DNA from: a virus
Taxonomy: Duplodnaviria; Heunggongvirae; Uroviricota; Caudoviricetes
Length of the DNA: 64,000 nucleotides
IMG/VR virus record: IMGVR_UViG_2778261035_000005
Strand: one strand, 5' to 3'
The notes under the pieces were generated by a model. The model made no database searches. It had not been told where the DNA came from and saw only the letters and a program-made list of their open reading frames with translations. A program made the position numbers and the translations under genes. Below are positions 1 to 8,232 of this stretch, one piece after another. Numbering within the stretch: position 1 is the first letter of the stretch; each line of letters opens with the position of its first letter.

Positions 1-1038
1 AAGATGTCCAAGTCTCGCGGCACCTTTATTAAAGCCAGCACCTGGCTGAATCATTTTGACGCTGACAGCCTGCGTTACTACTACACTGCGAAACTCTCTT
101 CGCGCATTGATGATATCGATCTCAACCTGGAGGATTTCGTTCAGCGCGTGAATGCCGATATCGTGAACAAAGTGGTTAACCTGGCCTCCCGTAATGCAGG
201 CTTTATCAACAAGCGTTTTGACGGCGTGCTGGCAAGCGAACTGGCTGACCCGCAACTGTACAAAACCTTTACTGATGCTGCTGAAGTGATTGGTGAAGCA
301 TGGGAAAGCCGCGAATTTGGTAAAGCGATTCGTGAAATCATGGCGCTGGCTGATCTGGCTAACCGCTATGTCGATGAACAGGCTCCGTGGGTGGTGGCGA
401 AGCAGGAAGGGCGCGATGCCGATCTGCAGGCGATTTGCTCTATGGGCATTAACCTGTTCCGCGTGCTGATGACGTACCTGAAACCGGTACTGCCGAAACT
501 GACTGAACGTGCAGAAGCATTCCTGAATACAGAACTGACCTGGGATGGTATCCAGCAACCGCTGCTGGGCCATAAAGTGAATCCGTTCAAGGCACTGTAT
601 AACCGCATCGACATGAAGCAGGTTGAAGCACTGGTGGAAGCATCCAAAGAGGAAGTAAAAGCCGCTGCCGCGCCAGTAACTGGCCCACTGGCAGATGATC
701 CGATTCAGGAAACCATCACCTTTGACGACTTCGCCAAAGTTGACCTGCGCGTGGCTCTGATTGAAAACGCGGAGTTTGTCGAAGGTTCTGACAAACTGCT
801 TCGCCTGACGCTGGATCTCGGTGGCGAAAAACGTAATGTCTTCTCCGGCATTCGTTCCGCTTATCCAGATCCACAGGCACTGATTGGTCGTCACACCATT
901 ATGGTGGCCAACCTGGCTCCGCGTAAAATGCGCTTCGGTATCTCCGAAGGCATGGTGATGGCTGCTGGCCCCGGCGGGAAAGATATCTTCCTGTTAAGCC
1001 CGGATGCTGGTGCTAAACCAGGCCACCAGGTTAAGTAA
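1..1038 (+). CDS. metG: methionyl-tRNA synthetase, C-terminal part (5' end upstream of window)
   Basis: Frame open from window edge; translation starts at class I KMSKS motif and ends ...AKPGHQVK, recognised from memory as enterobacterial MetRS; stop 1036-1038. Confidence 0.93.
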   Translation, partial: KMSKSRGTFIKASTWLNHFDADSLRYYYTAKLSSRIDDIDLNLEDFVQRVNADIVNKVVNLASRNAGFINKRFDGVLASELADPQLYKTFTDAAEVIGEAWESREFGKAIREIMALADLANRYVDEQAPWVVAKQEGRDADLQAICSMGINLFRVLMTYLKPVLPKLTERAEAFLNTELTWDGIQQPLLGHKVNPFKALYNRIDMKQVEALVEASKEEVKAAAAPVTGPLADDPIQETITFDDFAKVDLRVALIENAEFVEGSDKLLRLTLDLGGEKRNVFSGIRSAYPDPQALIGRHTIMVANLAPRKMRFGISEGMVMAAGPGGKDIFLLSPDAGAKPGHQVK

Positions 1039-1059
1039 TTAAGCAACCATTCTTCACAA

Positions 1060-1085
1060 TGCCCGGCAATACGCTGGGCATTTTC
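1060..1085 (+). terminator. rho-independent terminator after metG
   Basis: GC hairpin tgcccgg...ctgggca followed by TTTT. Confidence 0.5.
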
Positions 1086-1121
1086 ATTTAGACACAATCC
1101 CTTCTGATTTACACATACCCT

Positions 1122-1188
1122 AAAACAATTTGTTTTCTGCCTTTTGTTGATTGAGATAATAAACCACATAAGAAAACAACTTGTTTTG
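1122..1188 (+). promoter_or_regulatory. promoter/operator cassette: two AAAACAA-N-TTGTTTT palindromes flanking a GATAAT box
   Basis: Palindromes at 1122-1136 and 1173-1187, GATAAT at 1154-1159, immediately upstream of RBS/ATG 1200; same cassette recurs at about ten other gene starts. Confidence 0.55.
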
Positions 1189-1199
1189 GAGTGGTTTAA

Positions 1200-1499
1200 A
1201 TGTTGAACATTACCCAAGCCTACCAGGTGGCATTGATCAGCTCATCTCATACATCAGAGGAAGATGCTCGCCGATTCATGATCGCAAGCAATGAGCTGGA
1301 TTGGGTTTCACAAATTGAGTACGGTTGCATTGTCCACGCCGGGTTACAGGACGATGACTGGAAAGATGAGTTGCGTCGATATGGTATATCCGAGGGCGCG
1401 ATTGCGAACATTCAGAAAGTACTTGATGTAGGCTTTGACTCTGTACATTTTGATTGTGGCGCACCGGTCGTTGAAGGGCTTGAGTGCTGGCAATGGTAA
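1200..1499 (+). CDS. hypothetical small acidic protein (99 aa)
   Basis: ORF with GGAG RBS just 5'; own promoter-palindrome cassette. Confidence 0.55.
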   Translation: MLNITQAYQVALISSSHTSEEDARRFMIASNELDWVSQIEYGCIVHAGLQDDDWKDELRRYGISEGAIANIQKVLDVGFDSVHFDCGAPVVEGLECWQW

Positions 1500-1535
1500 T
1501 CCGGCAATCGCTTCATACTAGATAACGGAGAATTT

Positions 1536-1721
1536 ATGCTTAAAGAAGACTCATATCTACTAAAGGCGCTTGAAATGCGTGGCGTTGAACCTACAGTGAA
1601 AAACGCCCACGATATCTACCTTCAGTTTTCACCGGAGCTGAAACGGCTCATAAATCAATACGGGGTTAATGACTCAAGTGTTAAAGCGATGATAGATGAT
1701 GAATTAGACCATCTCATCTAA
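1536..1721 (+). CDS. hypothetical small protein (61 aa)
   Basis: ORF with GGAG-like RBS (acggag) upstream; short. Confidence 0.4.
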   Translation: MLKEDSYLLKALEMRGVEPTVKNAHDIYLQFSPELKRLINQYGVNDSSVKAMIDDELDHLI

Positions 1722-1873
1722 TCGTTATCCTATGATAATGGTTTCACTTTGAGATTGTTATTTTTCATAGCCAAAGCTGATGTTTGTGGAAGGTGGATTG
1801 ATAAACGGATGCGTATTTAGGTTATACAAGTGAGAAAATTGATAATATATAAACGCGATTTTTATGTGATGGA

Positions 1874-2443
1874 ATGGATGTGATGGAAACCCAGAACCAA
1901 CAAACAAAACCTCTGAATAACATTTATGCGTGGATTCTAGCGTTCATGCCTTTCTTCTTTGGAGTATTGCCGGAAGAGTATACCAATTACGCTATTATAA
2001 TTGGGGGTGTAACTACCATCGGTTTGTTAGTAGCTGACAGAATGGCTCTATCGGAGTCTGGCTGTGAACCACCTTCAATTCTATGGGGGGTATTCCTCCT
2101 GCCTGTCTATCTCTGGAAGCGCGCGACTATTACAAAAGGCAGCAGAGTGCCATTTATCATAATCGTTGCGTCGCTGGCTTGGATTATCTTCATCGGCATC
2201 CCACACAAGGACGAGGTTGCTCTTGAAGAAGCAGCCTGCCCTCTCGTGACAACTATTCTGAAAGAGAATAACGGTTCGACTGCACCAAAATGTATGAAGG
2301 TGACAATAGAGGACAAGGTGACGGATAAGTTCTATAGAGCAACGGCTACACTAGACAATGGTAATGACATTAACATTACTCTGGAACTTACCGGTGACAG
2401 GAACTTCTACGTCCGTGTTCCAAATGTTTATCTGAACAACTAA
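1874..2443 (+). CDS. hypothetical membrane protein (189 aa)
   Basis: ORF with several hydrophobic helices in N-terminal two-thirds. Confidence 0.5.
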   Translation: MDVMETQNQQTKPLNNIYAWILAFMPFFFGVLPEEYTNYAIIIGGVTTIGLLVADRMALSESGCEPPSILWGVFLLPVYLWKRATITKGSRVPFIIIVASLAWIIFIGIPHKDEVALEEAACPLVTTILKENNGSTAPKCMKVTIEDKVTDKFYRATATLDNGNDINITLELTGDRNFYVRVPNVYLNN

Positions 2444-2569
2444 CGGTTGCAACTTATTGATAATGGCGGTCACAATTTGATTCTTTTCTATAAGAATCCG
2501 TTGATCGCCACTACTCCCCTTCCATACCTGCAATCATAACCTTAAATATCAATAGGTTATGGTTGTTTA

Positions 2570-3300
2570 TACAAATAAGAAAACAACTAAATAACAGATC
2601 AACGAAACGTCAACGCTTTCACCCGATTTGGTCTAAAAAATTGATGTTTTCACACATCACTTCTTATACCCGTAACTCTACGCAGCAGACAGCGCCACAG
2701 CGTCCAATTTTCACCACAGACGACTCAACACACCACCAACAAAAACACACGCTCAAAATCGCTCCCGTTGCGTTACATAACCATATAAACAACTTATTTT
2801 CAGGCATAACAAAACAACTAAATAACACACATGCCATTCCCCAAAACAACCAACCTCTTTATGGCAGGCTACCGAAAAGACCCACCTCTTCTTCCCAGGC
2901 TACCGGACAACCAACCTAACTTTCACAGGCAATCCGAAAACATTCATACGCGCGATACCCACGATACGCCATTCCCCAAATAGCGAAGCACACCAGAATC
3001 ACTGAAACCCCCAACGAAGCCTGTAACCGCAAGGTTTCTCTCAATCCCAAAAGACACGAAACATAACAATCACGGGAAATGCCATTACCCAATACACGAA
3101 TAACTACAAAAGCCTTTCACACACTCCAGACAAACAACTCAAACACAACAACGAAAGGAATCGCCCACCTGCCATTACTCCATACACAGAGAAGAACAAT
3201 CACCAAAACGACGAGAACACCCCATAGAAGAACCACCGCAAAACGAACGAAACCACATACACCGACAGAGAAAACAACACACCCAATTCACCAACAGAAA
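2570..3300. other. strand-asymmetric A+C-rich tract (G and T nearly absent on + strand), no credible ORF
   Basis: Direct reading: long runs of only a/c; internal repeats (aaaacaactaaataaca at ~2580 and ~2810); ORF-track proteins here are low-complexity T/P/Q/H/N/K strings. Confidence 0.8.
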
Positions 3301-3484
3301 TAGTCGCCGTATAGAACATTCTGGAAGGAGTGAGCATTAACGCCTATAGAGAGGTTGAGACAGATAAAACACAACATGTATAGCGAAGAAGCCAGGTATG
3401 TATAAGTGGGGAGGGAAGGAGGGGTGTCGCCTCCTTTTTCGTATTTATTCAACTCCTGATTTTATCCCCCCGTAACACCCCTAC

Positions 3485-3645
3485 GGTCAGCCTTCGGTCA
3501 ATACAGGGAAAAGGCTGCATCCTGCTACAGAAACGGCTGGGTTGCCTTCGGGGAACGGCTGGGGATTTTCAGGGAAACGGTCGAGTTGCCTGTGTGGATT
3601 TCGGGAAAAGGCTCGATGCCGGTTCAGGAACGGCGGCGTACCGGT
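3485..3645. repeat. iteron-like array of ~6-7 degenerate ~22-bp direct repeats (core GGGAAACGGCTGG)
   Basis: cagggaaaaggctg / cagaaacggctgggttgcc / tcggggaacggctgggg / tcagggaaacggtcgagttgcc / tcgggaaaaggctcgatgcc / tcaggaacggcggcg in tandem. Confidence 0.6.
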
Positions 3646-3953
3646 ATAGCGAGAGGGAGAGTTGCGGCTACCCACCTGTAATGTGCGGGAAGAAGAGAGG
3701 CGCTCACGTGCAGGTGAACTTACTTACCGCTGGATTCCCTCTGAATGCCCAGCTACAGCATAATTGTGCCAGACAGCCAACGGGTCACAATCGATTTCAG
3801 TAGGTTTTCGGGGAGATGATTATTCTGCCCACCAGCCACCTTCGGCTACTAAATCAGAATAATGTAAAAAGTGTACTCGGTACTGAACCTGAAAACTCAC
3901 TGCCAAAACCACATTCACCGGAATAAAATCCTTTTTCGACTGTGCGTTATTGC

Positions 3954-3990
3954 GATAATAACACCATCAAGAAAACATGTTGTTTAAGGA
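3954..3990 (+). promoter_or_regulatory. promoter/operator cassette (GATAAT + palindrome)
   Basis: gcgataataacaccatcaagaaaacatgttgtttaagga; near-identical to cassettes at 6091 and 6575. Confidence 0.55.
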
Positions 3991-3997
3991 TTGCTTT

Positions 3998-4327
3998 ATG
4001 TTTACAAATATCGACATCAACCAAATCAAGAAATTAACTCAAAAAGAGTTTGATCAGTTTTATGAGTTAGAAGGTTGGTCTTCCACTCTGATCAATTCGC
4101 GGTGGGTGCTTGAGCTGATGACTCGTGATGACGCACCTGCTTTGATGATTTGCGACATGGGTGAAGATGCTGACTTTATGGATATGAGCGAATTTTGTGT
4201 GGACACATACAACCGCAGCCAGAAGTACTACTTCACATGCGATAGCGAAAATGACGTGATTTCTAAGGTCTATCTTCACCTCGTCCAGCATTGGGACGTT
4301 CAGGAGTTTCTTGAAGTATTCGAGTAA
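3998..4327 (+). CDS. hypothetical small acidic protein (109 aa)
   Basis: ORF; ATG 3998 chosen because the track start at 3977 lies inside the operator palindrome; RBS aagga upstream. Confidence 0.55.
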   Translation: MFTNIDINQIKKLTQKEFDQFYELEGWSSTLINSRWVLELMTRDDAPALMICDMGEDADFMDMSEFCVDTYNRSQKYYFTCDSENDVISKVYLHLVQHWDVQEFLEVFE

Positions 4328-4453
4328 CCCCAACCAAAGCCAGCATTGCTGGCTTAATTTCTCTATAGCCGCAGGGAAGAACCTGCATATAGCTCATGCA
4401 CCTGATCAATATGCTTTGTAGCCGTTTTCTTACTGGTATTATTTACGCCATTG

Positions 4454-4469
4454 AGAAAACAAGTTGTTT
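4454..4469 (+). promoter_or_regulatory. operator palindrome GAAAACAAGTTGTTTA
   Basis: Perfect AAACAA-G-TTGTTT palindrome 12 nt upstream of ATG 4481. Confidence 0.5.
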
Positions 4470-4480
4470 ACGGAGTTGTG

Positions 4481-4792
4481 ATGAAAAAATCATTGGTTCT
4501 TGGTCTGGACAAAGACCAGAAGAGAAAAGAGAAGCCTACGCTGGTTGCTCAATTAACTTTGCTGGACATCGTTGCCAATGGAACCTCTATTCGTCTGTTC
4601 CGTGAAACAGCGGTGTCTTTCGATAAAAACACCTTTACTCGTTATGTAATGAATGTTCGTCGCCAGCGTGGAAAAGGCTGGGTGGCATTTCAAAGAATGT
4701 GGCCGGAACATCAGCTCGAACTGGCTTTGATGGAAGTTAACCGCGTGGCCCAGCAAGAGATTCAGAGAGCATCAGTGATGGCAATAGCCTGA
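4481..4792 (+). CDS. hypothetical protein (103 aa)
   Basis: ORF, RBS acggag; track TTG start 4451 lies in operator so ATG 4481 preferred. Confidence 0.55.
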   Translation: MKKSLVLGLDKDQKRKEKPTLVAQLTLLDIVANGTSIRLFRETAVSFDKNTFTRYVMNVRRQRGKGWVAFQRMWPEHQLELALMEVNRVAQQEIQRASVMAIA

Positions 4793-4826
4793 TAATGTGC
4801 AAGTGGTAATTAGTCGACCGTACGAC

Positions 4827-4856
4827 AGCCCCGCCATCCTTACGGGGCTTTTTTGT
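4827..4856 (+). terminator. rho-independent terminator
   Basis: agccccg...cggggct hairpin followed by TTTTTT. Confidence 0.65.
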
Positions 4857-4918
4857 ATTGTAAGTACATACTTACGATCATAGAATAGAAAAATAACCAA
4901 TACACTACGGAGAGTGAA

Positions 4919-5314
4919 ATGACCGTTAAACGCGAAAAACTGACAGTTGATGTTTACTATGCCTCTGAAACCGCCGAAGGTAAGAATGTGGCAAAAATTA
5001 CCGTTGTTACGTACAACACCGAAACTGGTGCCGAAGTCCAGGCCAGTACGATCGTGCGTAAAGGTGATGCCTCCGGCGGCGAGTACGCGACTCAATACCA
5101 GTCCATTCTCGATGCAACTGACCCGCTGCTGCTGAAAATCGAGAACTACTTCCGCCAGGTTGATGAAGAGGTGTTTGAAACCATGATGAATATGGTTAAC
5201 ACCGTATTCGCCTCCAGCCTGAATACCAACACTACCTGGATTGGTCAGTACGGCCTGCGCATTACCTCTGGCATTCCTGCCGACACCTTAATCCCTGAAA
5301 GCGTATTCGCTTAA
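4919..5314 (+). CDS. hypothetical protein (131 aa)
   Basis: ORF with RBS (ggagag) upstream and terminator downstream. Confidence 0.55.
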   Translation: MTVKREKLTVDVYYASETAEGKNVAKITVVTYNTETGAEVQASTIVRKGDASGGEYATQYQSILDATDPLLLKIENYFRQVDEEVFETMMNMVNTVFASSLNTNTTWIGQYGLRITSGIPADTLIPESVFA

Positions 5315-5323
5315 TCCTCTTTA

Positions 5324-5350
5324 AATGGCGCGTAAACCGCGCCATTTTAT
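5324..5350 (+). terminator. rho-independent terminator
   Basis: aatggcgcg-taaac-cgcgccatt hairpin then TTAT. Confidence 0.6.
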
Positions 5351-5357
5351 TATGCCC

Positions 5358-5380
5358 GATAACAATTTGTTTTCTGCCTT
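5358..5380 (+). promoter_or_regulatory. operator palindrome (AACAATTTGTTTTCTGCCTT variant, as at 1122)
   Basis: gataacaatttgttttctgcctt matches 1120-1141 nearly base for base. Confidence 0.5.
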
Positions 5381-5431
5381 ATCTGATTTGTGAAAATGAT
5401 TTCACTGAAGCAACTTAATAAGGAAACCATC

Positions 5432-5806
5432 ATGGGACTTGATATCTATATCGAGACGCAGCCTAAAAACGATCTGAATAACGAGGCATCCAGAAAGCAG
5501 GTTGCTTACTTCCGTAAGTTCAATGCGCTCGTTGGGTGGATGGAGCGCAACGTAGGTGAAGTCGAAAATTGTGAGCTTTTAGAATTAACGATGAATGACA
5601 TTTGCCTTCTGAAAGCTCATTTGATGCACATAAACGAAAGCAATTGCGAAGAGTACTTGCCTACCCGGGAAGGTTTTTTCTTCGGCAGTCAGGAGTACGA
5701 CGAAGGTTACTGGCATGATGTGGGGGAGTTGAAAGAGCTTGTGGAAGATCTGATTAAGAACCACGACTTTCACAATAATAGACTGACCTTCTGCGCCTGG
5801 TGGTAA
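5432..5806 (+). CDS. hypothetical acidic protein (125 aa)
   Basis: ORF; ATG 5432 has aaggaa RBS, upstream GTG/ATG candidates do not. Confidence 0.5.
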   Translation: MGLDIYIETQPKNDLNNEASRKQVAYFRKFNALVGWMERNVGEVENCELLELTMNDICLLKAHLMHINESNCEEYLPTREGFFFGSQEYDEGYWHDVGELKELVEDLIKNHDFHNNRLTFCAWW

Positions 5807-5808
5807 AT

Positions 5809-5952
5809 ATGGGCGATTTCAAGAAACGCCTGAAGGAGAGAGCCGAGATGGTCAGAAAGCGAAACGCCTCTTCTGTCATCAGATACGCAAGGCAGTTTAG
5901 TCGCAACAACAAATCAGTTGAGGAAAAGATCCTTAGCGTAATCGGGCGATAA
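5809..5952 (+). CDS. possible small basic peptide (47 aa), translationally coupled
   Basis: ATG overlaps stop context of previous gene; ends just before terminator hairpin; below ORF-track size cut-off. Confidence 0.3.
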   Translation: MGDFKKRLKERAEMVRKRNASSVIRYARQFSRNNKSVEEKILSVIGR

Positions 5953-5956
5953 TTAT

Positions 5957-5982
5957 TAAGACCACCAGCATTGGTGGTCTTA
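5957..5982 (+). terminator. rho-independent terminator
   Basis: aagaccaccagcattggtggtctt hairpin; paralogous to hairpin at 6429. Confidence 0.6.
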
Positions 5983-6090
5983 AATGACTTTTAATAACCT
6001 AAGGTTAATTTTAAACCTGGCTATCAACTTCCAGAACCTTTCTTGTGTATTCAGCCTGTATTAACTTCTTTTATGCCTTATCTACACTGC

Positions 6091-6122
6091 GATAATTACA
6101 CCAACAAGAAAACAACATGTTT
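6091..6122 (+). promoter_or_regulatory. promoter/operator cassette (GATAAT + palindrome)
   Basis: gcgataattacaccaacaagaaaacaacatgttt. Confidence 0.55.
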
Positions 6123-6141
6123 ACGCAGTGAGGATATGCTC

Positions 6142-6423
6142 ATGACTGATTTCACCATTACCACCAAAGCACAAAATGTATTCCTCGAATCATGGCTGGA
6201 CTTGCCGGAAACAGAACAGCAAGAAATGGATCATGTGGATTATGACGAGCAGGTAAGCACGCGATTCTTCCACTTTGAGGGCTGCGTTTACGACATTGCC
6301 GACTTCATGCGAGATGACCGCTTCCCTGAATGGCACGCCAGTTATCCACTAAACGCCTTTGCCATGCTGATGATCCGTGTGGATGATTCAGGGGATACCA
6401 TCGACATCGGTCTGCTCCACTAA
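6142..6423 (+). CDS. hypothetical small acidic protein (93 aa)
   Basis: ORF; ATG 6142 is 7 nt after RBS tgaggat; many D/E residues. Confidence 0.55.
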   Translation: MTDFTITTKAQNVFLESWLDLPETEQQEMDHVDYDEQVSTRFFHFEGCVYDIADFMRDDRFPEWHASYPLNAFAMLMIRVDDSGDTIDIGLLH

Positions 6424-6428
6424 AGGCT

Positions 6429-6452
6429 AAGGCCACCAATGCTGGTGGCCTT
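6429..6452 (+). terminator. rho-independent terminator
   Basis: aaggccaccaatgctggtggcctt hairpin. Confidence 0.6.
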
Positions 6453-6574
6453 AAATGACCATCCTGTTTCCCTCAGGCTAATAACACCAACCTCTTACCT
6501 CCAGGCAACCGACAAACCCACCTGTTCCCGTCCGGCTACCGCAACTTTCCACTTTGACGCCTTATTCGTACAAC

Positions 6575-6607
6575 GATAATTAACACCAACAAGAAAACAA
6601 TTTGTTA
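6575..6607 (+). promoter_or_regulatory. promoter/operator cassette (GATAAT + palindrome)
   Basis: acgataattaacaccaacaagaaaacaatttgtta. Confidence 0.55.
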
Positions 6608-6627
6608 TTTACGATAAGGAATTAATC

Positions 6628-7110
6628 ATGAATTTTATCGCTACTGTGAACGCACCCGCACATGGCAATATCGCTGTAACGTTCTCTGACATTGAAAAAC
6701 GAGTACTTGGTGCATGGCGCGACAATGAGACGGTAGAACTGTCAGTACAAGAAAAATGCATTATTGCACGCGACATCATTGGTAATCGTCGTTACTCGCG
6801 GGTATTTGAGAAAGCGTATGTGGTAAATTCTGGATTCGGAACGTTCGTCTTCCCGGTACGCTCCGGGCGATTCTGCCAGTCCAAGCTGATTGAGTTCGCT
6901 ACGCAGATTTCTGTCTGGATTAAAACTCAATCGTCGTTCAAATTTTCCGACGATGAAGCAGTATCGCAGGGGATGCGAATCGCCAACAATGCAATTAAAT
7001 GCAAAAATATTACGTATACCGCTGGCGTTGACACATGGAAACTGTTTTGCGCTAACTTTATGCTGAATGTATACGCAAGCAACCGCATCCACATCCTTGA
7101 TGGCGTGTAA
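6628..7110 (+). CDS. hypothetical protein (160 aa)
   Basis: ORF with RBS aagga and downstream hairpin. Confidence 0.55.
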   Translation: MNFIATVNAPAHGNIAVTFSDIEKRVLGAWRDNETVELSVQEKCIIARDIIGNRRYSRVFEKAYVVNSGFGTFVFPVRSGRFCQSKLIEFATQISVWIKTQSSFKFSDDEAVSQGMRIANNAIKCKNITYTAGVDTWKLFCANFMLNVYASNRIHILDGV

Positions 7111-7115
7111 CTGAG

Positions 7116-7141
7116 AAGAGGGCCAGAAACGGCCCTTTCTC
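7116..7141 (+). terminator. terminator-like hairpin
   Basis: gggcc-agaaac-ggccc with flanking AGA/TCT. Confidence 0.45.
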
Positions 7142-7144
7142 TAT

Positions 7145-7290
7145 AGACACCAGCTGCCGCAGGGAAATTTTCAGAAACGGCGAGGAACGTATTCATGAGC
7201 CGACGGGAAACGGCCAGGATTTTTTCGGGAAACGGCTGCATTCGCCTTTATGTAGAAAAAAACATCGGGAAGCTGGTGGAATCCAACCAG
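7145..7290. repeat. second iteron-like array (GGGAAACGGC units)
   Basis: cagggaaatttt / cagaaacggcgagg / acgggaaacggccagg / tcgggaaacggctgcattcgcc / atcgggaagctgg. Confidence 0.55.
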
Positions 7291-7655
7291 CGGTTGTCGG
7301 ACAGGCGAGCGGGGAAAATTATGATGACTTTCGTCGCCTGAGACATCCAGATTTCTTTCGTAGCATAATCACATACGTGATTAAGTGGTGTGATTATGTG
7401 AAAAATCACGCGCACATAATACGCGAGCGGATACGGAACAAAACAAAATGCCGATCCGCGCCGACAAATAAACGCGGATCACATAGCAAGACTAAAAGCC
7501 AATGATTAACCATACGCTATAGCGCAATATAACGCGTTTTAAGCGCGTTAATGTGTTAAGTAATGGGTATGTACTGGTAAGGATATAAAAGCGCGTCTAT
7601 GGCGTTATTTGGGTGCTTATTTTTATGTTGTTGGAGTGAGTTAAAGACAATAAAA

Positions 7656-7722
7656 AACGCGCCATCATTGGCGCGTTATGGTGGGAGTATTGGAAACGAA
7701 AAAAAGCGCCCATAGTGGGCGC
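7656..7722. terminator. pair of hairpin terminators (bidirectional) at 3' end of leftward operon
   Basis: aacgcgcc-atcatt-ggcgcgtt and gcgccca-tag-tgggcgc flanked by A-run / T-run. Confidence 0.6.
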
Positions 7723-7728
7723 TCGATT

Positions 7729-7959
7729 TTATTTGTGTAAACTGATTTTAAATCCCATTTCTACAAACGCTTTTAACATTAAAAATATATCAGCGTCGTT
7801 CACGTCTGCTTTTTTTCGCTCCTGGTCGCTCAATAAGTCAATTTTGCGCGTCGTTTCATCTATAAGCTCGACTGCGCGCCCAGCGTAACCAGCGATCCCA
7901 GCGATGCGATTAACATAATATTCATTATGGACGTTAACGCCAGCGATAAGAACAAACAT
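7729..7959 (-). CDS. hypothetical protein (76 aa)
   Basis: ORF, last gene of leftward operon. Confidence 0.45.
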   Translation of the reverse strand: MFVLIAGVNVHNEYYVNRIAGIAGYAGRAVELIDETTRKIDLLSDQERKKADVNDADIFLMLKAFVEMGFKISLHK

Positions 7960-7980
7960 GATTAAGCTCCTTAAAAAAAA

Positions 7981-8184
7981 TTAAATAGAATTTTGAAGTT
8001 TTCCGATTAATGCGCTTAAACGTAAGTATTCACGTTTGCGCTTGCAATCTCGCTTGCTGTTAAGCAAATCAGAAAACGTAAAATTTAATTGGTCGCGTTG
8101 CGCGATTAAATCATCGATTAATTCCAGTTTATAAGCGCGATACTTTGCGCGATATTCCGCGCGGATCTTGTCATAGCTGACCAT
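7981..8184 (-). CDS. hypothetical protein (about 68 aa)
   Basis: ORF; start moved to internal ATG 8184 with aaggag RBS, because hairpin 8202-8220 overlaps the track start. Confidence 0.45.
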   Translation of the reverse strand: MVSYDKIRAEYRAKYRAYKLELIDDLIAQRDQLNFTFSDLLNSKRDCKRKREYLRLSALIGKLQNSI

Positions 8185-8201
8185 TTTTAAAGCTCCTTTA
8201 A

Positions 8202-8220
8202 AGCGCCCATAGTGGGCGCT
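8202..8220. terminator. intercistronic hairpin (same sequence as 7706-7722)
   Basis: agcgcccatagtgggcgct repeated verbatim. Confidence 0.5.
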
Positions 8221-8232
8221 TGATTCCATTAA

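Noticed and set aside
2563-3303. ORF-track CDS candidates 2563-2919 and 3079-3303 (and antisense 2664-2849)
   Set aside because: They lie in the A+C-only tract and translate to low-complexity T/P/Q/H/N/K strings with no RBS; they look like composition artefacts rather than genes.
3485-3645. Possible CRISPR array
   Set aside because: Repeats are degenerate (iteron-like), lack unique spacers of regular length, and no cas genes are nearby.
3487-3803. ORFs 3487-3675 (-) and 3594-3803 (+)
   Set aside because: They overlap the iteron array, are Pro/Arg/Gly-rich and have no ribosome binding site; likely spurious.
3977-4480. Track start codons at 3977 (ATG) and 4451 (TTG)
   Set aside because: Both fall inside the conserved operator palindrome; downstream ATGs at 3998 and 4481 are correctly spaced from Shine-Dalgarno sequences.
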